Made by a program: the position numbers and the translations under genes. Of a DNA stretch of 64,000 bases, positions 18,634 through 28,541 are shown one piece after another (the first letter of the stretch is position 1; the number at the start of each line of letters is the position of its first letter). The notes below the pieces were generated by a model. That model was not told where the DNA came from, ran no database searches, and was given only the letters and a program-made list of their open reading frames with translations. The DNA comes from Candidatus Woesebacteria bacterium RIFCSPHIGHO2_01_FULL_39_23 (lineage in GTDB: Bacteria; Patescibacteriota; Microgenomatia; UBA8517), in the NCBI GenBank assembly GCA_001792305.1, contig MGGH01000023.1:34347-98346 (forward strand), read 5' to 3'.

Positions 18634-18721
18634 CTAAAACTCCACACTTTCCCCACCCCCTTCGAAACTCCGCCCACTCGTGAGATTGAAGTGGATGAGT
18701 TGATGATTCGGTTGATTCCAT
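18632..18721 (-). pseudogene. Duplicated 5' fragment of a FemAB-family gene: start codon plus 31 codons, then a stop
   Basis: Reverse strand from the ATG at 18721-18719 encodes MESTESSTHPLQSHEWAEFRRGWGKCGVLVGV*. The intact gene at 17995 encodes MVKTREPKHPLQSHEWAQFRQEWGNEVL. DNA identity is 26/27 between 18662-18688 and 17936-17962. Confidence 0.65.
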
Positions 18722-18798
18722 GTTTTTATGGTATATGCTAATCATACAATGAAAGTAATTGTACATAAATTTATTTCCGACTTTGGTACAATCTGAGT

Positions 18799-19497
18799 AT
18801 GTCAGGTGAACCGACAGGCGAGGTAAGACCTGAAAATAGCGATGCTTCGATTAAAGTACGGGTAGTTTCTCAAAATGAACTATTTAGAATGAGCAATAGA
18901 GCACTGGATCTGGTTGAAGTAGATATCGAGAAAAACGTATATTGGCTAGAAACAGATGGGAAAACGCCAATTTTGAATAAGGGAGCTGGGCCCTGCTTAA
19001 TAATGTTTGTCAAAAATATTGGTGATGGCACTATAATTTCAGGACACTTTTCGGGTAGAATTGCTGACCATCAACTTAGCCAAGAAATATTAAAAACGCA
19101 TCTTAAAAAAGTACAAAAAGAGATTCCTAACGAGGGAGACGAAATATTAATTCATAGCCAGCAAGAACTTGATAATCTTGCGATTTCAGATAAAGAAATG
19201 TACAGGTCTTATTTGGCTTTGCTTGATAGAATTAAAGAGTTTTGTTCTGAGGCAGGAGAAGCCAGGATTGAAATATATCTTTTTGGTCAAAATTATTGGA
19301 GGTTGGTTTCGGAACCGGACGAAATTGGAGGATTAACGGAAAATATAATTCAAAGGCAAAATGTGGTGACTGATTTGGAGAGGTTAGGTGTTAAACCCCC
19401 AAGAATATTTGATTACAGGGATCTGAAGAGATTGGAGGGAACAGACGACACATTGTTTCTGCCCGAAGAAGATGTAATTTTACACGCTACTGGATAA
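18799..19497 (+). CDS. Hypothetical protein
   Basis: 232 aa with no recognisable motifs. Confidence 0.4.
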   Translation: MSGEPTGEVRPENSDASIKVRVVSQNELFRMSNRALDLVEVDIEKNVYWLETDGKTPILNKGAGPCLIMFVKNIGDGTIISGHFSGRIADHQLSQEILKTHLKKVQKEIPNEGDEILIHSQQELDNLAISDKEMYRSYLALLDRIKEFCSEAGEARIEIYLFGQNYWRLVSEPDEIGGLTENIIQRQNVVTDLERLGVKPPRIFDYRDLKRLEGTDDTLFLPEEDVILHATG

Positions 19498-19505
19498 GAC
19501 TATTT

Positions 19506-21351
19506 TTATTCAAAATTGTACTCTGTTATTCTTTTTTTAATGTAGCCGTTATCAGTTTCGATTAACTCCTCCGGAATATCAGTCAAAAACCGGCTGGGGG
19601 GATTTGAGGACGTTTGGCCGAAATAAAGACGGCGGGAGGCGTAAGTTAGATAAAGAATTTCTTTTGCGCGAGTGATACCTACATATGCGAGCCGCCTTTC
19701 TTCTTCCATCCCGTCTTGTTCCCATAAAGATTGTGCATGTGGGAAAAGTCCCTCTTCCATACCGATAATAAATACAACTTTAAATTCCAGTCCTTTTGAA
19801 GCATGTAATGTCATTAGGGTAACAGCATCTTTATTTTTTTCGCCATTTAATGGATCATCTGGCAGATATTCTTGTTGAACAAGTGCGACGTTTTCCAAAA
19901 AGTCGTGGATTTTGGGAAACTCGCTAGCAACGGACCTGAGCTCTTTGATGTTTTCAAGGCGCGCATAGTCTTCGGTTGATTCAGGATTAAATTTTTCTAA
20001 ATATCTTGTGATACTCACCACTTCGTCCATCAGCTCAAGGGTGGTTTTGGCGTTTAAAGGTTTAATTTTTACAGAGTATTTTTTAAACTCATCAAATCTT
20101 CTTTTACCGATTTTTTCTACCCGCTTGGTTGAAACATGATCTTTGGGGTTAACAAGCAGTCGTAAATAGGAAAGTACGTCCTTTATTTCGGCCCGCTCGT
20201 AAAATTTCACACCACCAACCAGTACGTAAGGAATTCCTGCGTGCAAAAAAGCTTCTTCCAAAACTCGTGATTGGGCATTAGTCCTGTATAAAATTGCTAT
20301 GTCTTTATAGCTTAAATTATTTTTTAAAATTTCATTGATTATATATGTCGCTTCTTCCGACCCGCTTCTGGCAGAATAGATTTTTATTTTTGGTCCGCCC
20401 TTTTTCTTTGTCCAAAGTTTCAAGACCGGGTGAGTTGTATTTTTTGAAATAACACTGTTTGCCGCAAGCAGAATGACTTCTGAAGACCTGTAATTTTCCT
20501 CAAGATTGACAATTTTGATACCTGGAAAGTCATTAATTAAATTTGCAATGTTTCGGAAATCTGCGCCTCTCCATGAATATATTGATTGGCTTGCATCGCC
20601 TACGGCAGTTATATTCTTGTTTTTTGATACAAGCAATTTGGTGAGCAAGTATTGTATTTTGTTTGTATCCTGCCATTCATCCACTAAAACATAAGTGAGC
20701 CTATTTTCCCATTTATTTAAAGTAGGCGGATCATTTTTTAGAAGATCGACTGTGTGCAGTAGAAGGTCATTAAAATCCAGTGCGTCGGCTTTTTTGAGAG
20801 CTTTTTCGTATTCAAGATAAATTTTGAAAGTTTTTTCCTGCATTGGTGTTTTTGCGATCTCCGCATACATAAGGGGGGTCAACATTTGGTTCTTCGCCGA
20901 ATCTATGGAGGAAAGAACCGATCCGGGACTCACGGATTTATCCGAAATATTTAAGACTTTTATAATGTCTTTTATTAAGTCCTTTTGATCTTGTGTGTCA
21001 TATATGATGAAGTTTCTGTTTATTCCTATTTTTTCCCCGTCTATGCGAAGCAGCCGTGCGCAAAAAGAGTGGAAAGTTCCCGTAAAAAATGGAAAGGTGC
21101 CGGTAATTTTTTCTACTCTTTCTTTCATTTCCCCCGCAGCTTTGTTAGTGAAAGTTAGAAGTAACAAGTTTTCTGGTCTTGCCCATTTTTGCGAAAGCAC
21201 ATATGCGGCTCTTTGTGTTAGTACCCTTGTCTTGCCGCTTCCAGCACCAGCGAGGACCAGTAGTGGTCCACTGCCGTAACTTACAGCTTCTTGTTGTGCA
21301 GTATTGAGTTGATCTAAAATAGATTTCGTTATACGTTTTTGATTGTAACAT
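19506..21351 (-). CDS. UvrD/PcrA/Rep-family SF1 helicase. The N-terminal ~50 codons, including Walker A, are reachable only through a 1-nt frameshift in a T5/A5 run at 21336-21340.
   Basis: The track ORF 19506..21200 starts at LLLLTFTNKAAGEM, which is helicase motif Ia. The same frame continues upstream through GPLLVLAGAGSGKTRVLTQRAAYV to a stop at 21360-21362 with no start codon. An ATG at 21351-21349 lies in the +1 frame (MLQSK...). Deleting one A joins them as MLQSKRITKSILDQLNTAQQEAVSYGSGPLLVLAGAGSGKT. Confidence 0.7.
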
Positions 21352-22405
21352 GGCGAGATCTAAATTTTTCTTTACAAAATTCAAGCGAAAATTTTTGAGC
21401 CACTTGTGGTTGGCAAGGATTATAATTATTTTGGGGGTGTTGTGTGTGGTGTTCCTGGGTGTTGTCGGGATTGCCTCGGTTGTTAAGAAGACCCCGCTTT
21501 CAGACTATATCGATATTGTGACTGCTTTTGTGTTTTCACCAAAAGACAAAGTGAAAAATTTTGACGGTAGGACAAATATTTTGATTCTTGGCAAGGGTGG
21601 TGAAGGCCACGAGGCACCAGATCTTACCGACACCTTAGTTTTAGCCTCAGTCGATTTTGATAAAAATGCAGTTTCGTTTCTATCTATTCCTAGAGACATT
21701 TGGATAGAGTCTTTGAGGATTAAGTTGAATAGTGCTTATTATTGGGGAAACGAAAGACAAGAAAATGGAGGACTGATTCTTGCTAAATCATCTGTCGAGG
21801 AAATCATTGGTTCACCAGTGCACTACGCCGTGGTTATTGACTTTGTTTTATTTAAGGATTTGATTGACGAGGTGGGTGGAATAGAAGTGGACGTGGAGGA
21901 TTCGTTTGTGGATCATCGATATCCCATTCCTGGGCGGGAAAATGATGAGTGTGACGATGATCCTAAGTTTTTGTGTAGATATGAAACAATCGAGTTTAGG
22001 AAAGGCTTGCAATTTATGGATGGTGATACTGCTCTAAAATTTGTCCGTTCAAGAAATGCCGAAGGGGACGAGGGGACGGATATTGCAAGATCCAAGAGGC
22101 AGCAGAAGGTGATTTTGTCTTTAAAAAACGAAATTCTAAGCTGGAACATTATTTTCTCATTCAATAAGTTGTCGAACATAAAAGAATTGGTGGGATCAAG
22201 GACGGAAACAGATATGGATACAATTGCGTCGGTAATTGTTGCAAGGAAGATTTTTGACGCGAGAAATAACTTTAGGACTTTAAGCATTCCCGAAGAATTC
22301 TTGGAGGTAGCGCCAAAGTCTCCCGACTTCGACAATCTTTACGTATTCATACCGAGTGCTGGTAATTGGATGGAACTTCAAAGGTGGATAAAAAGCAATA
22401 TCTGA
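21350..22405 (+). CDS. LytR-CpsA-Psr (LCP) family cell-envelope polymer transferase
   Basis: N-terminal TM helix, then DTLVLASVD...SIPRD, the LCP signature. Confidence 0.75.
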   Translation: MARSKFFFTKFKRKFLSHLWLARIIIILGVLCVVFLGVVGIASVVKKTPLSDYIDIVTAFVFSPKDKVKNFDGRTNILILGKGGEGHEAPDLTDTLVLASVDFDKNAVSFLSIPRDIWIESLRIKLNSAYYWGNERQENGGLILAKSSVEEIIGSPVHYAVVIDFVLFKDLIDEVGGIEVDVEDSFVDHRYPIPGRENDECDDDPKFLCRYETIEFRKGLQFMDGDTALKFVRSRNAEGDEGTDIARSKRQQKVILSLKNEILSWNIIFSFNKLSNIKELVGSRTETDMDTIASVIVARKIFDARNNFRTLSIPEEFLEVAPKSPDFDNLYVFIPSAGNWMELQRWIKSNI

Positions 22406-23880
22406 TTTTAGCAGTAGTTTGTTTACTTTACCTTATTTTCCGATTAGGGTGGCAAGATACTATTGAGTTTGGATATGACCAGCCGCTGTTGGCTTCTAAG
22501 GTTATTGAATTTTTTAAAAACCCTAACTGGATTGAAAGTTATGAATTTGTTGGGACAAATCCCTGGGGGTTTCCATCTTGGGGGCCGATGCAACTCTTTT
22601 TCTGGGTCCCTTTTATTTTGATGTCCCGAGACCCAATAATTCTTTCCTTGTCGGCTGCGGTTTTTAATATGTTAAGTATTATCCTTATTTTCATAATCGG
22701 GAAAAGATATTTTTCTTTGAAAGTTGCTGTTTTTTCCTCACTTTTTCTGGCTATTCACCCTTGGTGGGTGGTTTTCTCGAGAATGATTTATGAACCTACG
22801 CCCGTGCCCACTATTATTGCTTTTTCAATACTCTTAAGTTTTTATGTTTTTGAGAAAAAGAAAACTTCAGTGGTTGTGTTGCTTATTATTTCATGGGCAG
22901 CTCTTATACAAATATATATTCATACGTTTTCTTTTGTGGTGACAAGTGTTTTGTTTTTACTCGCCAGCATAAAGAAAACTTCCAAAAAGTACATGGTCCT
23001 TGGATTTTTATTATCACTCCTCCTTTTTCTGCCTGTTTTTCATTACTACGTCAAATATCCTGATCGTAGTCTTGATCTATTAAAGGTTTTGGAAGAATTT
23101 AACAAGGGGGATTTGGAGTCAGGGCATTCCACTCGAGACGTTTTACCCGAATTTTTAAAGACAATTTCAGGAGATGGATTCGAATGGCAACTTGGCTATG
23201 CATATCCCGAGTTTCAGAAAGAATTGAAAATTGCTGCCCCTGCTATTTTAGCCACAATTACAACATTGGCCGTATTAATCTATGGTTTTATCAGCGTTTT
23301 CGAAAAAGGTTACGGAAAACATAAAACAATACTTCTTTTATTGTGGACTCTGGCTCCGGTCTGGTTTCTCTTTTTGATAAATACGCCCATTGCACTTCCG
23401 CGCTACTTTTTAATGAGTTTGCCACCTTTATCAATTCTTTTTGGCTTAGCAGTCGAGAAGTTTTATACCAAAGTAAAATATTTTACTTTGATTGCCGCTC
23501 TTTTTGTGTTATTTTGGTGGCTGGTGTTTAATGCTATTTATTTATCGTTTATAGGGAATTACAAATACCCGAGCGGCTTTTTGAGTCATTATTCGGATGT
23601 CCCTTATCTGTTTTTAAAAGATGCGGTATTGTGGATTATTGAGGATTCAGCAAAGAAAGGATACATTGAGTTTACCATTAGTAACGATATTAATAAACCC
23701 TACGAGTTCAGCCTAAATGCAGCAACAGAATATGTTTTGAAGTATGTTTACGAAATAGAATTTAGAGATGCTGGAAGTATGAATATTGGACATTATTTGT
23801 TGATTTATTCGAACGAATCTATTGACGTAACTGTTCTAAAACAATTTGGTCCTTATATAGTAGCTTACCCAAAAATATAG
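22366..23880 (+). CDS. GT-C fold membrane glycosyltransferase (ArnT/PMT_2-like)
   Basis: 504 aa, polytopic, with the general ArnT/PMT_2 architecture. Confidence 0.45.
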   Translation: MDGTSKVDKKQYLILAVVCLLYLIFRLGWQDTIEFGYDQPLLASKVIEFFKNPNWIESYEFVGTNPWGFPSWGPMQLFFWVPFILMSRDPIILSLSAAVFNMLSIILIFIIGKRYFSLKVAVFSSLFLAIHPWWVVFSRMIYEPTPVPTIIAFSILLSFYVFEKKKTSVVVLLIISWAALIQIYIHTFSFVVTSVLFLLASIKKTSKKYMVLGFLLSLLLFLPVFHYYVKYPDRSLDLLKVLEEFNKGDLESGHSTRDVLPEFLKTISGDGFEWQLGYAYPEFQKELKIAAPAILATITTLAVLIYGFISVFEKGYGKHKTILLLLWTLAPVWFLFLINTPIALPRYFLMSLPPLSILFGLAVEKFYTKVKYFTLIAALFVLFWWLVFNAIYLSFIGNYKYPSGFLSHYSDVPYLFLKDAVLWIIEDSAKKGYIEFTISNDINKPYEFSLNAATEYVLKYVYEIEFRDAGSMNIGHYLLIYSNESIDVTVLKQFGPYIVAYPKI

Positions 23881-23881
23881 T

Positions 23882-24943
23882 TTAGAAAGCCCATCTTCCA
23901 AGGTAGAAAGCGTTGGTATAAAAAATTAGAAGGATAGAGGACAATAATACCCAAACGACTTTAAATAGCTTATATTTCAAAAGTAACTGGAGAATTATAA
24001 GGAAGGGAAACATAGATAAAATATATCTCGGGGCACTTAGTATAAATCCCGTGGAGGTAAAAAGCAGAGTACTCAAAAACATAAAAATAAAATAAGCAAA
24101 GTTAATATTGGATCTTTTAAATAGTGTTAATAGACTAAAAATCCAAGCTAAGAAAGACGAAAGACCCTCGAAAAGACCTGCTGTGACCCTTTGATAGGTA
24201 TCCCAGTCGAAGTGGGTCATTAGTTTAAAGCTTTTAGTAATTCCTTCCCAGGGCAATGCAAAAGACTTTTGCCAGTAGTTTTTAAGAAAAAGTGAGAAGG
24301 AAAAAGGATCCTGGTTCAATTTGAAATTTAAGTATAAATAATAAATCGGGAAAATTAATCCCGGCAAGACATAAATCAATTTACTAATATTTTTTGTCTT
24401 AAGAAGGAGATAAAGAATTGCCGGAAAGATAAATATTCCCGTTGGTCTTGTAATCGATGCCAAGCCTGCAAATAAAAAACCCAACAAAAAATTACTTTTT
24501 CTGGCAAAATAAAAAGAAACCGCTGTCAAAAACAAAAAAAGTGATTCCGGATACCCGGCTGAAAAAAAGTATGAGGTGGGAAAAAGCGAAATTAAGATTA
24601 CAACTTCTTTTGAAAACTTCTCTTCGTAATCAATTTTAAGTAACTTATATAAAATTAGACTACCTAGGATAAAGAAAATGTTTGATACAAAAAAGGCGAT
24701 GGTCTCCGTTTGCAGTCCCAAAAAACTAAAAAATCTCAAAATAGTTGGAAACAAAGGTAGAAAAACTATAAACTCGCTACCGACGAGGTTTTGTGGGACA
24801 TAACCGTTTTCGGCTATAAATCTATAGCTATTTCCGTCCCATCTCTCACCCAGAGTCGATATTACAAACTCACCATTTATGAAAAATAGCGAGACAAAGA
24901 GCACAAGCCTTGTTGATATTAAAAATATTAATAACTTACCCAT
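23882..24943 (-). CDS. GT-C membrane mannosyltransferase-like protein (PIG-V/GT87-like)
   Basis: GERWDGNSYRFIAENGY matches the WD..Y..IA..GY motif of PIG-V-type GT-C enzymes. Polytopic. Confidence 0.45.
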   Translation of the reverse strand: MGKLLIFLISTRLVLFVSLFFINGEFVISTLGERWDGNSYRFIAENGYVPQNLVGSEFIVFLPLFPTILRFFSFLGLQTETIAFFVSNIFFILGSLILYKLLKIDYEEKFSKEVVILISLFPTSYFFSAGYPESLFLFLTAVSFYFARKSNFLLGFLFAGLASITRPTGIFIFPAILYLLLKTKNISKLIYVLPGLIFPIYYLYLNFKLNQDPFSFSLFLKNYWQKSFALPWEGITKSFKLMTHFDWDTYQRVTAGLFEGLSSFLAWIFSLLTLFKRSNINFAYFIFMFLSTLLFTSTGFILSAPRYILSMFPFLIILQLLLKYKLFKVVWVLLSSILLIFYTNAFYLGRWAF

Positions 24944-26082
24944 CCGAATTTATTTATCCAAAGAACTCCCCAAAAGTTAACTCCAACCGAAATGAAAAGT
25001 AGTAGCCAATGGTGCCACTTAAGGTCAGTCTTTGTAACATTTTTAATTATTAGAAAGATTAGGAAAGGGTAAAAGTCTACCGCAAAACGGTAGCCGAATT
25101 GAGCAAAGCCTGTGGTGCCGTGCATAAAAACAACAGATGCTATTGCCAAAATTGTCAGCCAGAAAGGCACGGCCCATTTTTGTCTAATAGTTTTTATTGA
25201 ATAAATGAAAGCGGGTGTGGTGATCCAGATGGCCATACCTGACCAGGACGGTTGAATGTAGGGGAAAGTGTTTTTAATAACAGGGAGTCCTTTAAATATA
25301 ACTTCCAAATGCCTGCCAATGTATGAGGGGTGAAATAAACCGTTTTGGTACCATGGTTCCTCGAAAATTTCAGGGATAAGTAGATATCCTTTATCCCAAA
25401 TGACTCCAAACCGGGCATAGTTATACAAAGAATTAAACATTAGAAACGGCAGAAAGCCAACTACAATCTGAAAAACATCTTTAAGAAAGGAACTCTTTCT
25501 GTCCTTTGCGATAAGATAAATAAATAAAGGCAGTGCGAGGACTGTGTGGATTCTTGATAGATACGAGGCACCAAGAAATGTTCCAATTATTAGCCCTCTT
25601 TTTTTACCCGCTACCTCAAGGAGTGCAAACAACATGAAAAACATCGCGGATATTTGTCCCAGATACCACGACGATCCAACTGATGAAAGAAACCAAACAA
25701 CACTTCCAAGCCCAACTAAAGTACCTGACCAAAAGGCAACTTTGTAGTTGCTTTTGATTCTCAATGCAAGCTTGACTGTTAATAAGACTATACCTGCACC
25801 CATCAGGTGGGCTAGAATTTGCTGAGGAAAATCCTTTCCAAAAATGGCGACAAAGGGAAGAGAAGCTATAGCTGGCATTGGCGGATAAACGATGTAAAAT
25901 TTGTTTGAGCCGCCTGGAACCAATTCGGACAGCCAGGGTGGATTTTCGGCTATCCAAAACTGTCCATTTAGAAAAGCAGCTGAAAGTCTCGTAAAATAGT
26001 TATAGGGAGTGTTACCTACTGGTCCGAACAATTTATAAATGACAAAAGTAAGTATAAAAATCGGCAAGAAAAGTTTTTTCAT
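24928..26082 (-). CDS. GT-C fold membrane glycosyltransferase (ArnT-like)
   Basis: 384 aa, polytopic. Its start overlaps the start of the divergent gene at 26039 by 44 nt. Confidence 0.4.
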   Translation of the reverse strand: MKKLFLPIFILTFVIYKLFGPVGNTPYNYFTRLSAAFLNGQFWIAENPPWLSELVPGGSNKFYIVYPPMPAIASLPFVAIFGKDFPQQILAHLMGAGIVLLTVKLALRIKSNYKVAFWSGTLVGLGSVVWFLSSVGSSWYLGQISAMFFMLFALLEVAGKKRGLIIGTFLGASYLSRIHTVLALPLFIYLIAKDRKSSFLKDVFQIVVGFLPFLMFNSLYNYARFGVIWDKGYLLIPEIFEEPWYQNGLFHPSYIGRHLEVIFKGLPVIKNTFPYIQPSWSGMAIWITTPAFIYSIKTIRQKWAVPFWLTILAIASVVFMHGTTGFAQFGYRFAVDFYPFLIFLIIKNVTKTDLKWHHWLLLFISVGVNFWGVLWINKFGWVSY

Positions 26083-28537
26083 TAGTAATATTTTACTATT
26101 AATTTTTGCTGCGTTTATAATCCGGATTTTATTATCACCATTTGGTACCTTGGATCTTGACCAAAATACATTTATTGCCTGGAGTAATATTTTAACCGAA
26201 GGTGGTTTTAAAAGCTTTTATAATAGCTGGTCGGATTATCTTCCAGGATACCTTTATGTTTTGTGGTTTTTGGCTAAAATTGGAAATCTCCTGCCCATTC
26301 CAACGGAAGTGCTGTTTAAACTTCCCGCGCTTATTTCCGATCTTGCCACAGGCTACTTAATTTACCATATTGTAATGAGATTAAAAGGTGAAAAGCTAGG
26401 GTTTGTTGCCGCGTCAATTTTTTTGTTTAACCCTGCAGTATTGTCTAATTCTAGCCTCTGGGGTCAGATAGATAGTCTTACCTCTTTATTTTCTCTTCTT
26501 TCGATTTTATTTTTTGGAAAAAATATTTACCTTTCGGCTTTTTTCTTGTCGTTTGGGTTTATGGTTAAACCCCAAGCTGCATTAGCAGCACCTGTTATTT
26601 TGTTTTTAATGGCTAAAAATAGGTTTGCTGCGAAAAATTTTTTTCTTTTTTCAGCTTTAGTTTTAATATTTTTGACTCTGGGATTTTTGCCCTTTTTCTC
26701 GGGCGGGAACTTAGCTGAATTTATTATTCAAAGGGTAAAGATGACTTTGGGTCAATATCCGTATAGTTCGATTAATGCTTTCAACTTTTGGGGTTTGCGT
26801 GGTTTTTGGAAAAGCGAAGGTGAGGGGATATTCACAACAGGTTTTTGGGGCTTGCTTTTTTCGGGTTTTGTCGGTTTGGTCTCCATTTTCAAGCTTGTGC
26901 GATCTAAAAAACCAGGAGGAGAGTACTACTTAGCTGCGATACTTTTTATATCTAATTTTTTGTTTTTCAGCCGAATGCACGAGAGGCATCTTATGCCCTC
27001 ATTTGCCTATCTTGCTATTGTCTCCGTTCTTGACTGGAGAATTGTTTTTTCATACATCGCTCTTTCTTTTACCTATATTATGAATACAATATATTCTTAT
27101 ACATGGATAGTCGAAGACTTTAAGGAAATTTTTACAGGTGATTTAGTAAAAGTTTTTATTATTGGAAACCTGCTGGTTTTTGGTAACCTGATTCTGCAAG
27201 GTTTTAAGAAAAAAAGCGATCAATTTCCAAGTTTTAATATATCTACTCCCTTCCGGAAAAAACCAGTTGATATTAAATTTGGCGATATAGCCAAAAATAC
27301 GGCTTCAAAGCTGGTGCTTCTTATTCTTTTGTTTTCCGCCATAACAAGAATATTTTATCTTCACCAACCGCAAAAAGAGTATTTTGATGAAGTCTATCAC
27401 GCCTTTACGGCGAGGCAGATGCTCTCTGGTAATACTTTTGCCTGGGAGTGGTGGAATCCTCATCCCGAAGGCTTTGCTTACGAGTGGACACATCCGCCTA
27501 TGGCAAAGCTAATTATGGCAGCCGGGATGTACATTTTTGGCGTGAATCAGCTTGGTTGGAGATTGCCTGGAGCGATCTTTGGTGTGCTTGCAACACTTCT
27601 AATTTTTTTGATCTCAAAGTCAATTTTTAGAAACAGGAGTATTGCAGTACTTAGTGCATTCATTTTTTCACTGGAGGGCCTACCTCTGGTCATGAGCAGA
27701 ATAGGGATGAATGATATTTACTTTCTTACTTTTATGTTGCTCTCAATTTACCTTTTCATTAAGACCAAAAATTTTGCGTCAAGTATTTCTTTGGGGCTCG
27801 CTGCCGCCTCAAAATGGAGCACACTGTGGGCTTTACCTATTTTTCTAATCATACACTTTGCCTTGAAGAAAAAAATTAGGCTGTCTTACTTGTGGTTTTT
27901 GGTGATGCCGGTTTTGGTTTATCTGTTATCTTATTCGCCAATATTTTTAAGTCCAAAAATTCAGAGAGAATATGTTGAAAACACTGGTTACCAAAGAAAC
28001 ATTGACGAAAAGATCGGAATTATTCCTTTGGATATGTTTATTGATACACAGAAGCAAATGTGGTGGTATCACACTAATTTAAAAGCAACTCATCCTTTCA
28101 CTTCTCCATGGTGGAGCTGGCCGTTTTTAAGCCGTCCAGTGTGGGTTTATACTGGAAGCGAAGAGGGTGGTGTAGTAAGTAATATTTATATAATGGGTGA
28201 TCCTCTTGTGTTTTGGTTTGGTATTGTTTCTATTATCGCATGTGGATATTACGCTTTGAGTGAAAGAAATAAAAAGCTCGGGCTAATTGTTTTTTCGTAC
28301 GTTATCTTTTTTGCTCCCTGGGCAGCATCCCCTAGAATTATGTTTTTGTACCATTATCTTCCATCTGTACCGTTTATGGTAATTGCCATAAGCTATGTAC
28401 TTAAAAGAAATTCAAAGTATTTAGTCCCTGTTTTAATAGTATTTGTTTTAAGTTTTATCTATTTTTACCCGCGTTTCTCCGGTATCCCAGTACCACCCCA
28501 ACTAAATGAATCATACAGATGGTTTGATGGTTGGTAA
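26039..28537 (+). CDS. Two-module GT-C protein: an N-terminal GT-C (DUF2029-like) domain fused to a C-terminal PMT/GT39-like protein O-mannosyltransferase domain
   Basis: The C-terminal half has YFDEVYHAFTARQ...WTHPPMAKLIMAAGM, the PMT/GT39 DE..H / HPP.AK signature. The N-terminal half is a separate 10+ TM GT-C-like module. Confidence 0.55.
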   Translation: MTKVSIKIGKKSFFISNILLLIFAAFIIRILLSPFGTLDLDQNTFIAWSNILTEGGFKSFYNSWSDYLPGYLYVLWFLAKIGNLLPIPTEVLFKLPALISDLATGYLIYHIVMRLKGEKLGFVAASIFLFNPAVLSNSSLWGQIDSLTSLFSLLSILFFGKNIYLSAFFLSFGFMVKPQAALAAPVILFLMAKNRFAAKNFFLFSALVLIFLTLGFLPFFSGGNLAEFIIQRVKMTLGQYPYSSINAFNFWGLRGFWKSEGEGIFTTGFWGLLFSGFVGLVSIFKLVRSKKPGGEYYLAAILFISNFLFFSRMHERHLMPSFAYLAIVSVLDWRIVFSYIALSFTYIMNTIYSYTWIVEDFKEIFTGDLVKVFIIGNLLVFGNLILQGFKKKSDQFPSFNISTPFRKKPVDIKFGDIAKNTASKLVLLILLFSAITRIFYLHQPQKEYFDEVYHAFTARQMLSGNTFAWEWWNPHPEGFAYEWTHPPMAKLIMAAGMYIFGVNQLGWRLPGAIFGVLATLLIFLISKSIFRNRSIAVLSAFIFSLEGLPLVMSRIGMNDIYFLTFMLLSIYLFIKTKNFASSISLGLAAASKWSTLWALPIFLIIHFALKKKIRLSYLWFLVMPVLVYLLSYSPIFLSPKIQREYVENTGYQRNIDEKIGIIPLDMFIDTQKQMWWYHTNLKATHPFTSPWWSWPFLSRPVWVYTGSEEGGVVSNIYIMGDPLVFWFGIVSIIACGYYALSERNKKLGLIVFSYVIFFAPWAASPRIMFLYHYLPSVPFMVIAISYVLKRNSKYLVPVLIVFVLSFIYFYPRFSGIPVPPQLNESYRWFDGW

Positions 28538-28541
28538 AAGT

